Shown here piece after piece: positions 13,501 to 26,042 of a stretch of 64,000 bases of DNA. Both the position numbers and the translations under genes were made by a program. The notes beneath the pieces are model-generated. The model did no database searches. It was not told the origin of the DNA and saw nothing but the letters and a program-made list of their open reading frames with translations. The number at the start of each line of letters is the position of its first letter. Within the stretch, counting starts at the first letter, position 1. Source of the DNA: Octopus sinensis (Eukaryota). The stretch covers positions 186,001-250,000 of the forward strand of contig NW_021831989.1 in NCBI RefSeq assembly GCF_006345805.1, read 5' to 3'.

Positions 13501-14266
13501 AAAATAGATTATATAACAGAATTCCCATTCGATAAATTAACAATAATTGATTAAAACAATTATAATTTTGGGAAGTTATCTAATATCTCGGTCGTTTCAA
13601 ATCAATTTTAATCTGAGGTTTGATTCTAAATTCGTTTGATTTGATATAATTTATGTGAAAAAACTTTGTCACATATCCAATCTTAAGTAAAAATGCATTG
13701 GAAGTGATAATTCCCTTTCCAACCACTTATGTGAAATGGCAATGTCTTGTCTTGTTATTCTGAGAAGTAAAGTTAATAATCGACTTAAGATGGAAGACGA
13801 TATGAAAATGGCACTTTCGACATTGTACCAAAAATTGAACAAATAGTTTCCGTAAAGCAGGATCAAAAATCACACTAACTCTAAATACTATGATTTTTTT
13901 AATTTTGTTAGCTTTTTTATTAAATTGTTTTGTTACTGGTGGTCCCCAGAAAAATTCAACAGACTAAAGTGGTCCCCGTTTAAAAAAGGTTAAGAAACAC
14001 TGGCTTAAAACAAGTTGAAGTGGAGAAATTTCATAAATAGATCTGTCGATCGATCCTCTATAAAGCAAAAATAAAGATTATTCCAATTTTTTATTCCAAT
14101 TGTCTAGACATGGGATGGAGTTGTCAATAAATCATTCAAGCGAAGAAAAGAAGTCACTGAAGATCTCGAAAAGAAACAAAAACATTAATTTAAAAAAATT
14201 GACAAAACAAACAAGAACGTTTATTTAAATCTAAAAAGTTTAAAAGAGTTACCAATCCACTGGAGT

Positions 14267-15014
14267 TTAAAAAATCTCCAAAAGTTCTACTCGGAATAAA
14301 ACTAAAAATACAAAACAGACATAACCATAAGTGTTGGGACGGACGTATGGGTACATTCCGCGGTCACCAAATGCCACGTCTGGGTCTAGTAAAAACGCGG
14401 AAACTTCCTCGAGGACCATCGACTTGATTCCCAAATCAAGTCCAAACGCTATTGCGTCTAATAAAGTTACAAAAATCAATCAACTTATGCCAAGACGAAA
14501 GAGTTTGGTCTTGGATTCGTATGGTTCCATCCTTCCATGTAAATATGCCTGATATTTTACTAAATCTGAGAATATAAAATATACTTCTGACTACACAAGT
14601 GTCATCTGGAGTGAACCTTCCGGTTCCGTGGTGCATCACTTTTTTAAAGATAAGTGAATTCCAAATATCGACCATTTGGTATTTTAGATACTCGACTTCC
14701 CATGTCTTAAAAGGGAAAGATTCAAAATGCATTTTTTCAAAGGCTCGGATAAAATTATAATGTTCTTCTTGTCTTGAAAGTCCGTCTCCGTCTGTTTCCA
14801 TTGGTACGAAGTATCCATAAAAGTCATTGAATCCTTAAAATAGTGTCTCTTGTGTGTTTTAACCTTCGATCGTAGTAGTAGGGTCATCATTGAAGGCATT
14901 TGCGACATCATTTACGTCTCCATTGTCCGACTATAAAGGATTTGATTTGTATAAATAAACCATTTCTGCATTTAGTGTATCTTTAGAGTTCATAAAGTTG
15001 TTTTCATCGTTCAT
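14267..15014 (-). CDS. FKBP6/shutdown-like paralog, FKBP domain only (TPR deleted), open after splicing
   Basis: Same five intron positions as the first part of the copy at 18263-19822. KKVMHHGTG...IKYQAYL...FGLDLGIKSM...FLLDPDVAFG...VLFRVELLEIF*. Confidence 0.8.
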
Positions 15015-15129
15015 TTGGCTATCTATATAACTAATTAAGTACCACCAAAATTTAATTTAATTGATGTTGCACGTAGCTGTCTCATATTATTTTGCACGAT
15101 ATTGTTGCTTCTCATTTTAATTACGTCTG

Positions 15130-15800
15130 AAATTGGGAGAAATGTGGTAAGAGGAAAACTTACAGACCTTGTTCGCCACACACATATGTCGAACCAAACA
15201 TAGCGATTATTTTGGCAGCAAAATTTCTAAAGTTTTTAAACTTTTCACGAAGATGCTTAAATGAAGCAAGTATTCCAGCCTCCAAAAATTTAACCTTTAG
15301 TATAAAATCCGATTGGATCTCAACAATTCCATTTGTAAACTTTTATTCTCATTTGAAAGCATTGAAAGCGAATGGTGCTGGATACTTGATCTGCAGACTT
15401 GTATATTCGATCAATAATTTATTTATCATTTCGATTACTTCTTGATTTACATAATGAGACGGTATCTTCCTTGTCTGTTACCCCAAATCGATTGGTTTAG
15501 AATTATTTTCATCAATTTGAATTAATAATTCCTCAAACACCTTGTTGTATAGTGCCAAATCAGGGGAATTGTTATTCATTTTATTTCCATTTTTGGTAAT
15601 TTCACTTTTATTCACAGACAGAAGCATGTTTTTTTAATTCATAGATTGATTTCTTTTTTCCAAATTTGGAATTAAAATAAGTAGCAATGAATGGGCAACC
15701 TCCTCTGGGGACTTGTTTAAGACGGTTTTTGACACAAATCAATAGAGATGACATCCATTCTCCAGGGTTGGAATAATCAATCGACTCACAGATAACTTTC
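15130..15800 (-). mobile_element. hAT (Buster/SPIN-like) transposase C-terminal remnant
   Basis: FAAKIIAMFGSTYVC dimerisation-domain motif on the minus strand near 15170-15225. Confidence 0.65.
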
Positions 15801-18010
15801 ATGGAAATTCAAATTGCTCTACAACTGATTCCAATTGATTGTGAACATGAGCATTGTTAATTATAAAGTTAATCTTGTACGCCTGAAAACCTGCATTCAT
15901 TAATTAACTCTTTCATCTCTTTTGCATTGAAAATTAAGCAATGTTAAAGCAGACATTGTAAGTTAGAGCCTCTTGAATTTGGAGTCATAACAAAAAAACG
16001 AGATCCTATTTTTGATCCTCTATCTTTGCTTTTGGAATATAAATTAAAATTGGATTCATCGATCCAAATTAAAGTTCTTTTAGCCGATCATGCTTTAGAC
16101 CAGCGGTTCTCAGCCTGGGGTCAAAAATCAGCCCAGATCGATCGTAAGGAGTCGAAAATGAAATACTTGGGGACCCTAAAATGATTCAAATATGACTTTA
16201 AAAATATGACTTTTTGGACCTTCTAATTCGAAAATATGACATTATTGGTTGGAAAATATGACTTTATGCCAAGATAAATTCAGTAATCTTTTGGCCCTTT
16301 TTCGCAGGCGGAAACCAAAAATAACCAGATTTTTAGTAACAAACCTTATTTTAAATTTTTGGACTTGTAGTTGTCTAAACTAAAATAGTCAAAAATTCAA
16401 AATTTTAAATAAAATTTTTCAAGAGGCTGGGATTTTACCCACAACCACGTACTTCCTAAAAAACATGGCTAGTAAATCATTCACCTTATGTCAGTTCTAG
16501 TGAAACTTATATATCATTAAGAATTTAAATTTATTAAAACTACACATTAAATAAGGTTTAATATTTTTATCCTTGAAGTTCCTGCCTTTCGCTAAAAGTT
16601 TATTTAGCATCGAGAAATTCTTTCGACAGATAATATGGTTCCCGGGCATTTCCATGAATACACGAATAATTCAGGAGGGAAATCTTCCAAATTAGCTTTT
16701 TGAATGCTATTCCATGACATTGAATTATTTTTGGATAAGAAAAAGATTCCATATGAAAATTTGGTTTCTTGTGCCACAAATGGTGCAATGTCTATGGTTG
16801 GGAAGTATAAAAGATTTGCAGCATATTTGAAAAAAAATTTGTCCTAATGTGATTCATATACATTGCGTTCTACATAGACACCATTTGATTTCAAAAGCTC
16901 TTTCACCAATTTTACATGAAACGTTAAATATAGTTATTAAAACCATCACCAAAATTAGAGCAAACAGCAAGTATGATCGTCTCTTTAGAAAATTTTGCTA
17001 TGAGGCTAAAGAAACATATGTCCGTTTTGTGCTTGACACTGAGGTTATAGTTTCCAATTTTATTTTATAGGTGCGATGGTTATCAAAGGGAAATGCATTA
17101 GAATCATTTTTAATATTATTTGACACAATCGTGAATTTTTTAACTTATGAGGATGACAAAAATTTAGCATATTTAATTGTATCGAAAAAGAAAGAAATTG
17201 GATTTTTTGAAAATTTAATGAAATTTCATTAAAACTTGAGGGAAAGTATGTGACGTTAATAGATTGTAAAATAATTATTCAAATATTTATCAAAAAAATA
17301 AAGTTATATAAATATAACTTGGAAAAAAAATTATTATAAAATTCCCGAATTCCAATCAATTTGTCAAAAATTTGATGAAGATATTGACAACTTTTTGCAA
17401 TATTTATTTAGTATAGAAAAAGATTTGATTCTCCGATTCCAAGATATTCTTGAATTAGAAATTCCATCTTAGATGATGAATCCTTTTTTGTCGAAGCTGT
17501 ATTGCCTTAGTATTGTCTGTTGTATATAAAATTTTCACGAAGGTCGATTAAATATTAGGGGAGTCAAAAAAAATCAAGGGGTCGACGGGTCAAAAAGGTT
17601 AAGAACCCTGCTTTAGACAAACAATCAAAATAATGTATTCTTTTTTCTTTATTTTCAAGAGAATTTACATTGGCTACTTGTCGACATGTGTTGAGAGAAA
17701 TTAATTCCCCATCAAGCCAATTTTTACGGTTGAAACAGACACAGACATTGAATAATAATTTCGTATTTTCTACGCACATTCTTTCAAAGTGATCTGAGGA
17801 TCAGCTTCAATTCAACTGATTAATTCATTTATATTTATTTGATTTTTTTGAATGTCTCTTACCTCCTATTGGATGTCTTTCTTTATCTTTATTTTCAATC
17901 CAATGATAAGCTGCTCTTAAATTCATTCCAAGAGAAGAACATGAAGACTGCCATTTGTCAAAATTTTCATGTTTTTCAATTATTATTTTTTGTATCTTGT
18001 TTTTTCAGTC
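15800..18010 (-). mobile_element. IS630/Tc1-type (DDE_3) transposase remnant split by the hAT insertion at 16101-17610
   Basis: IEADPQITLKEC (HTH), WIDESNFNL..GSKIG..PNSRG and FIINNAHVH. The reading continues across the hAT insertion site. Confidence 0.7.
16101..17610 (+). mobile_element. hAT-Buster/Charlie DNA transposon, internally deleted
   Basis: Perfect 8 bp TSD CTTTAGAC (16093-16100 and 17611-17618). TIRs CAGCGGTTCTCAGCCT and CAGGGTTCTTAACCT. Transposase motifs HCVLHRHHL and TE/VRWLSKG. Confidence 0.93.
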
Positions 18011-18262
18011 ATCAAACAAGTTTCGATGTATTTTTACGAAAATTTTTTTATATGCAACATTGACTTTCGTATTTATAAATTAGAAGTTTGTAATTGTAAA
18101 TTTGATTTCTGCGGTTGACATTTGAAGTTTGTAATTCACAAATTGACTTGAAAATGGTATAGATTCCTAAAAAAAGAAACAAAAACTTTTATTACAAAAA
18201 TTGAAAAAAAACAAAAACGTTTATTTGAATCTACAAACTTTAAGAGAGTTGCCAATCTACGA

Positions 18263-19822
18263 TTAATCACAATTTAAAACCCTCTTTGTCTCCAAATTCA
18301 TTGTCACCGCCGTTTTATATACAAAATAACGTTCTTCGGGCGTAAAAACATCCGAGAAAACGACATCATCACAATCACTTTCGTCAATGAGCTGATTCAA
18401 CAACTGATACACCGAATCTTTAAAATCCGAATCAATTTGTCTATCAAACTGATCTTCCTCAGATTCTTTGACCACTTTAGACATTCCAAACCCCTTCCTG
18501 TAATACTCACACTCCTCCGCTAATTTGACTCGCGCCTCCTTCTCCAGAATAATAAGGTCACGCCCTATTTGAGTGTTGTTGGGCTCCAATTTGAGACATT
18601 TCTTCAAGTATTTTATGCCTTTTTCTCTTCTACCCATTGCCAAATACGCTTTTCCACAACGGTACAAAGCTTTGATGTAATTCTCGTCAATTTCAAGACA
18701 TTTCTTGCAGCAATCGACACATTTTTCGTACTCTTCCAGACGCAGATGACAAAAGGCGGTATTACATAACAATTCCTGCTTTATTCTCTTAATGTGTACT
18801 TCCTCGTAAAAGTTTTGAATGTGACGTTCTGAAATCACTTTTAGAGACTTGGAATAAACACAAATATCAACCCGCTCGTAGTAACGTTGAGCACTCCGAA
18901 ATTTTCCAAACGAGAAACATTTATTGCCTTCCTAAATATAAATTTAAAGTCACTTACGGCTTTCTCCTGATTGACTACTTCTTGGATCTCTTCAAATGGC
19001 AGATATCTTCGAACATTCTAAAAGTCAAAAACCCCAAATACGTATGTACTGTCGTAATATATATCCACAGGAGTTGCAGGAGAAAACTGCAAAATTTCTA
19101 CTCGGAATAAAACTAAAAATACAAAACAGACACAACCATAAGAGTAGGGAGGGACTAGTGGGTACATTCCGTTGTCACCATATGCCACGTCTGGGTGAAG
19201 TAAAAACGCGGAAACTTCCTCGTGGACCATCGACTTGATTCCCAATTCGAGTCCAAACACCATTGAGTCTAACAAAGTTACAAAAAGCAATCAACTCGTG
19301 CCGAGGCGGACTCGTTTGATCTTGGAATCGTAAGGTTCCAACTGCCCCTCCAAATATGCCTGATATTTTACTAAATCTGAGAATATAAAATTGACTTCTG
19401 ACTACGAAAGAGTCTCCCGGGGTGGACTTTCCGGTTCCGGGGTGAATCACTTTTTTAAAGACAAGTGAATTCCAAATATCGACCATTTGGTCTTTTAGAT
19501 CCTCGAATTGGCATGTCTCGAAAGGGAAAGCTTCAATGTGCATTCTATCCAGTCCTCGGAAAAGATTATGTTTGTCTGTAGAGTTATCTGAGCAGTGTTC
19601 TGTGGCCATTGGCAAATCGTCTCCAGAAAAGTCATCGAGTCCTTAAAATAGTGTCTCTTGTTTGATTTAACCTTCGATTGTAGTAATAGGATCATCGTTG
19701 AAGGCATTTGCGACGTCAAAAACGACTCCCTTGTCTGACTATGATGGATTTAATTTGTATAAATAAACCAATGCTGCATTTAGTATATCTTGAGTCTTCA
19801 TAAAATTGTTTTCGTCGTTCAT
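18263..19822 (-). CDS. FKBP6: FKBP6/shutdown-like FKBP plus TPR co-chaperone
   Basis: KKVIHPGTG..IKYQAYLEGQLEPYDS..FGLELGIKSM..LHPDVAYG (FKBP6-type FKBP domain), then TPRs NTAFCHLRL..IDENYIKALYRCGKAY..LEPNN. Confidence 0.75.
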
Positions 19823-20199
19823 TTGCCTATCTATTAAACTAAATAAATATTACCACAACTTGTTTATTTAAATATATTTATTACATAATTTTTGTATTAC
19901 CTATAAAATTATCCTTTTATTACAAGATAGACTTTATCTGATTTAATTTTTGTTTATGAAATTCATTCCTTTGACTAAATTAAATTTTGAAAAACATGCT
20001 CGTCTTGATATAGAATGTAGGACTTTCTACAGACAGAAATTTATCATTCCATCTTTAGTTTCTTTATTTTTTATGTACAAGATGAGCTACTAATGTTTAG
20101 TGCCTAATACTAGTCTATTTTAGTTCCTTTAGTTACATATTTATATTTGCTCTATCATAGAATTATTTCGAAGTGGTTTACAATTGTATTGACTATTTC

Positions 20200-20960
20200 A
20201 ATTGAATTTCCAATTGTTTCCACATGCAAAACGAGGTATGTTTTCTGCTGTCGACGACGCAGTAGCCTGATGGCCGCATATATTTGTGCACCATCCTCCA
20301 GGTCTTAAACTTCAGAAATTCGAAAGTTTAATACAGTTTTCACGTATTTAAAATTTTCCTTCTTGATTGTTCACGATACATTCTTACGTTCTCTTTTGAG
20401 TTTTTTTTGCTTTCTGGTTGTTGGTTTTTTCGATTTTCAGTTGGATGGCCTTTTATTTTTATCCATATTGGCAATATTTGGATTCAACAGGTTTGAGTGG
20501 CTTTTCCAGGCAGTCATTCTGATAGATTTTCCCAAGCTTTGTGAACAAGTTTTTCAATATATCTCAGCTTTTGTTTGAGTATTTCCCCGACTTTGTGACT
20601 GGTGGATTTTCGATTATTGCCTGAGAGTATTTTTTCTCATAACATTTGATGCAATCAGTTTTTCTACCAAATATCTTATCCAGTTTAATTCGTTCTCTGC
20701 TGAAAACGACGATCAGAAAATCTTTTTGTTCTTAATCGAGCCACTACAGTCAAAATTTCAAAAAAGTGTAAAATTTAAGATATTTTAATAGGTTAGATGC
20801 TAGCTAGGGTAGATGGGTGAGAGAGTAGTCGAGAGCCTAAGTGTCAGTTCAATGGCAATTTTTGGAGAGCACGGCGACAGAGATTCTCTGGAAGAGCCAG
20901 CTCGTCTCCCTCCGGTCGTTTTATTTTAAGAAGATTCTTCAGGTGTTCCCACAAAACAAA
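20200..20960 (-). mobile_element. Unclassified retroelement debris including a conserved 3'-end motif at 20793-20900
   Basis: Stop-riddled K-rich coding remnants. Motif cttaggctct.gacta...ctagctagcatctaa is shared with 54324-54430. Confidence 0.4.
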
Positions 20961-20999
20961 CGCAGAAAAGAAAGCACATCACGCCCGAAGAATTCATAA

Positions 21000-22340
21000 G
21001 GAAAACAAAATTTCAATTGAAGATGAGTTTTGCGATAACAATAAACAAGCTTCAGGGACAGCCATTAAAGGTAGTTGATTTATTTTTAGAAAGCGAGTGC
21101 TTTTCCTATGGACAGTTGTATTTGAGATGCTAAAAGGTAGGTAGAAAATAAAATTTATTAGCAAATTTGGGCACCTCACAGCCTTCTCTTATGATTCTGA
21201 GAAGTGTGCAGTGAAACCTCACCAAATACACGAGCAGAATGCACTCAGTAGGCTTCTTACTGCGAACCAGTCGAACAAAGTTCCACAAGCGACGGAAATA
21301 CAATTGATAAGATGTGAGGACAGCTCATTCAACAGCGGCATACTTTGCTCTTCAAATTGTTCCCGATAATTGGAAAATATCTCCGAAATGGCCTCCCCGG
21401 ATAATAGAGAACTATATGAGGACCCATCAAACTGGGATACACTCCTCATCGAGGCCTCAAAGTTCTTTGCAATACAATTCGCTGTCTTGATGACGACAGA
21501 AGGCTCACAACTAGTTTTGAGGGAATTCATAATCTTGTTGGAGGAAGGCCAGTCTCACTGGATTTCCCAAAACATGCAAATATCTGAACCAACAGTGGCC
21601 CAATAGTCCACCAGGCATTGATTTGTAAAAACTCCTAACAATGTCCAATTCGTCTCCAGGAGCATGTGCTATATTGGCAAGAAAAAAGTACCAATTAAAT
21701 ACCCTTCGGGCAACATGTTATTCCGTAGGAGTAGTTCATATGATGCTTCCATGGAAATAGAGTTCCAGATCTCGACTACAGCACCTCGGTCTATCCATAC
21801 TACGCAGAAATCAAAACATAACAGCAGAAATCGAAGTCTTCCACATTTTGGGAGACGGGAAGTAGTGAAGAGACGACAGAGACCAAAATGTAAACAAATG
21901 AGATTGTTAAAAGACGAAATTGTGAGAGACGACCCACCTTATGGACGATATCGGAAACCAAGTTGTTGTCCCCGATGTTTAATGTGAAACAGTGGCACAT
22001 TACTTCGAGCATCCATTCGATTCTCGTTCATTTCTTAGCATCGATTCTGAGACGATTATAACAGTTTTGTCATCTTGCTGGGTTTTAGAGGTTTCGAGAA
22101 ATTGTCGAATTGAGATTTAAGCAATTTCCTTCGCTGCAAAAGGGTTTAGTTTGTCTAGAAAGGAGGGATGTGATAACGAATTTCCTACCCAAACTAGTTT
22201 ATTAAACAAATTAAGAAATGTTGAATTTTATTAGGAGATAACCCCGCCTGAGAAAAGGATTTACACAAAGATAGCAATCATTTGGGACTGCCAGCTTGTA
22301 TCGCCAAGGTCAGAGGTGCATGTCCCCATCTCCATAAAGA
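21000..22340 (-). pseudogene. RALGAPB: RalGAP beta subunit, N-terminal part only (truncated or decayed)
   Basis: IEWMLEVMCHCFTL, GAVVEIWNSI, CWFRYLHVLGNPV, VACGTLFDWF and YLVRFHC match the RALGAPB N-terminus. No GAP domain follows; TE debris begins at ~20960. Confidence 0.65.
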
Positions 22341-22399
22341 TAGGAAAAAGCATGCCACAAGTATTAATAATCATGATAAAACAAGTTAAATTAAGGAAT

Positions 22400-25300
22400 A
22401 ACAAAGAACAAAAATATGAATCAAATAAATTTCTTACTGAAATAGCGGATAGCAACTTTGATTTGAGCATTGTTTTGGAAGAATTGAGAGGGAGATACAA
22501 TCTAAAAATGCACGTATTGGAAGTGGGGTAGCGACAGTTCTCCAATGGGCATACACTGATTGAAAGAGTAAAGGGAAACCCGTCATTCGAGAATAGGAGG
22601 AAAGGACTCGAAGTCCAAAAATAAAGTTGCATAAAAAACAACACCCAAACCAAGTAATGTTTGTCAGACGTGTCCATACGCTCGAAAATATTCCAAAACT
22701 AGGAAAAAAAGTATCCACGTTGGACGTGCCTGACTCGTTGGCAATAGTGGTGACGGAAATAAGAAAGGAGAGATTCAGTGACCGAACACCCGACAAAATC
22801 AGACTTAGATCTTCAGAAGAAAGATGGTCAAACAAGTCAGCATGAACAACCTCCAACACTCCTTGTCAAATTTTCTAAACTAATGACAAGAAAACGTGAC
22901 TTGAGAGCAGGTTCGCAACAAGTGACCATACAGTACATAGAATATAAACGGACATACTCCCTCACATTGTCGACAGTCACGGCCTCTTCCTCTGAAATCT
23001 ACTTAGTAAGTGGGAATGAGTGCCTTATTAATATCAATGCTGGCATTGAATGTTAGACACAACGAATCCATCTCCTCACATGAAAAACCACACATTTTAC
23101 GAAGTAACTCTTATAAAATGGGATTTTAAAAGGCAAAGTCGTGCCATGATATTTCCCGGTTGATAATATATTTGAGAACATTCCGACACAGGTGGATGGG
23201 GATGACGCGACTGAAGAGAAGGCATAGTCCAATGATCCTAAACCCTTCAATCCAAGCGCAAACCTCCCCACGTTAAGGAGGGATTCAATCGGAGAGTGTC
23301 ACCTTTATCCAGGAATGGGGCAAACACACCAACTTTGCCCGGCTGCCAGAACAGAGGAGAATTGTTAAAGTCAGGTTCGGACTTAGACGCAGATCAATAC
23401 TAATTATCCGACAACATATTCGCTGCCTCTTCAATCAAGGAATCAAACAATGTCCGCAACATGGACAGACGTTTCAGTTGGACGTCCGGAAACTGCAGCA
23501 ACATTCCAGTAATTTTAGTGGCCAAAGCCTATAACATTATCACCCTAAAAATGCCTGGTATTTGTGTCGGACACGTCTGTATATCGTTTTAGCCATTTTG
23601 ACCATTTGTCCCCTGCACCCATCGGGGTCAGGATTATATGGTTCGGCGTCCACATTAAATCTACAAATATCACAGCACACTAACATTGAGCGTATTTCCT
23701 CCGGACGGACTGATTTCTTTTTTTGATGTGACCAAACCAGTGCCCTTAAACCTGACACACAACGTGCCAACCCAAGGAAACGAGACTGAAGGCATGGAGA
23801 GGCTCATTAGAAGTAAGCGTCTTTGGATAACAAAAGAGACATAAATCAACCAAAATGGTGAAAAAACAGCGAACTACGCCTTCTCATCTGCCTGGTTCAT
23901 TCTTAAAAATGGCGTCGATTTTATTGAGAGTGATCAACTGGCGACGTGAACTGCTGGAGTCACAGAGAACAATCTCGTTCAGTTTATTGAATACTTCAAC
24001 CAAAATTTTCTTATGGTCTCTCTCAACCTGATAATAAGGCAATGTCGGCCACCTCAAAGGTCACAGAAAAAGTGTTCTTGTAAGAAATACAAAACATTCA
24101 GGTCCTAAAACGATGATCCTTTGTCTGAAATCGAGAGAACTGGCAGATCGTTGATTGAGGCAGCTTGTCCAATTGGTCCAAATGCAGTTGAGGAAACAAA
24201 TCAATCTTGTAAAATTTTTTCAGTACCAAAGGAATAGAGACATTCATAGCAGCAAATAAACTGTTTTGTCCCCTAAACATGATGTTTTGAGCAAAAACAG
24301 ACATCAACGGATCAAATAAACTAATTCTAAATTGGTCGGTTTGTCAGAATTCGGCGACAAGTCAGGTTTGATTCTCTTTGATTCCCCAAACAAAATGTCC
24401 TTAGTGGCCAAGGGAGTCAACAAATGAGGCATAACAGCCAAGGGGAGTGCTCGACTAACTTCAGTGTCGAGGATATCATTCTAGCAATACAAGCAAATCC
24501 AAACGAGTCATTCGTAAAAGACGAACTGAATTAGACCGCCGGAAGAAACATCGACGTGAATTAGACTGATATTTCCCTTTAAAAAACTAGAAATACAAAA
24601 AAGCAATAACCCTGCCATATGGGGAGTTTTCCGAGCAATTCACTGTGCCTTGGAGTACTTGGTAGAAATACGCAATGGAATCAAAAAAAGAAAGCGTAAT
24701 GGAGATGTGACCCTAAATTGAGGTAGGTGAGCATCTGTTCATATTACTCGTTCGACGGAGACCTCATCAATCAATTGTAACAGACGAATCAGACTATCTG
24801 GGAGTATATTAGAGGGTACTGACCATTCAGAGTGACTCTCTCCGAGTTATTGCCCCTGTTTTCAGTTAGGCGCTTTGTACGTTGCCCACTGTCCCACATT
24901 TCAATACCAAAATGAATTTTGGTTTCGAGGGATTCAAACACATTGAGAACTCGTGACCAAATTTGTCTAATACTCCCACTCAGAGGTTCCTTTGAGTCGT
25001 CGAATGAAATTACCTTGAGAACGAGCACTTGGTTTTTGGAGGCCGACATCCCTGCCAATGACATAAGCTTTGCGAGTAATAATATATGCATTTGTTGGCT
25101 AAAATAGTCATAAATGTATGATACTCTTCATCTGAGAATCTGACATAATCTCTCGCCCTCCCGAAACTTGATCAGATTCAACTTTCCACATTAAATTGTC
25201 CTGGACAAGTCCGTTGAAATTTTTGACCCCCACATCTGTGACATTAAAATACTCAAAGACCAATTCTGATTGAGGAAGACGACGTCCAGTCGGAAATACT

Positions 25301-25700
25301 TCTGGAGGAGTCTTTAATGAGATGAGAATGCTTTTCTTCCTTGTCTCCTTCCACCCCCATATTTCTCATAACTAGTAAACTTGATACACGAATGGATAAT
25401 TTTTGTCAATGGGGCACCGATTATTGCCTCAGGAAGAAGAGTCGTTCTCTTTGTTGGCATCCAATGCCTGGGTATCGAGAGAACCATGTTGTGACCTGTT
25501 GAATATAGTGACTGAAAGTAACACAAGCAGAGTACAGTCGGTACATTCTTCTCGTCCTTATAATCAATAATGGAATCCTCGAGTGATATCCCCAGTAGGA
25601 GAAGGATTATGATTGATGTCCCTGCATAAACTAATTCATTGGCCGCCACCAATGGGATGTTCCCAAAGACGCCTTAAAGTTTTGTAAATGCAGCTTGACA
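22400..25700 (-). pseudogene. UBR5: UBR5/hyd HECT E3 ligase, C-terminal part only, with an in-frame TGA
   Basis: IFKNEPGR*EGVVR, MLLE domain ALATKITGMLL, PLFWQPGK, SEDLSLILSG and YFWTSSP..YPTSNTCIFRLYLP. No UBA/UBR-box region between it and DRG2. Confidence 0.75.
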
Positions 25701-25719
25701 AACATCCCTGCCTATATCA

Positions 25720-25906
25720 CGGGTAGGCAGATAAGAAAATTTATTCATATATGGAAGAGAGAACAGACTACAAACATTATTTATCAACAGGTATTAGAAT
25801 AGGATTACATCAAACCAGGTCGTTTTATAAATCTACATACACTTATAGTTTTTTGGTGAAACAGGCCCTCTGCAGAAACTAGATCCCAATAAACGAAACG
25901 AGCTAG
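25720..25906 (+). mobile_element. Helitron 3' terminus remnant
   Basis: Clear nucleotide similarity to the reverse complement of 50760-50950. Encodes TTNIIYQQVLE* and ends in ...cgagCTAG. Confidence 0.8.
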
Positions 25907-26042
25907 CAAAAAATAGAACACTTCTAATTCAGTTATAATACTTAGTCTTTCATAAACCTCAAGGAAATGTCAAAATAATGTTCAATTCATGTAACAATAC
26001 CCTTCATGTAAAATAAACTATCGAAATCAATGAAAAAGTAAA

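Larger units (their letters stand above)
11175..14002 (+). mobile_element. Decayed hAT (Buster/Charlie-type) element interrupted by retroelement fragments; left end approximate
   Basis: LYYLAVIFSILNELNLSLKG at ~11860-11920; C-terminal YPILSKNALEVIIPFPTTY..CEMAMS...ALST at ~13670-13870; right TIR reads CAGTGTTTCTTAACC on the reverse strand, ending at 14002. Confidence 0.7.

Noticed and set aside
20850-20900. GGCAATTTTTGG resembling the U4 snRNA Sm site
   Set aside because: No U4 or U2 5' similarity, and the second copy of the motif (54324) lacks the Sm site.
23884-23886. In-frame TGA in UBR5 as evidence of a recoded genetic code or selenocysteine
   Set aside because: TGA is the true stop of PP2A, DRG2, ARF and ESCO in this window; a nonsense mutation or sequencing error is simpler.
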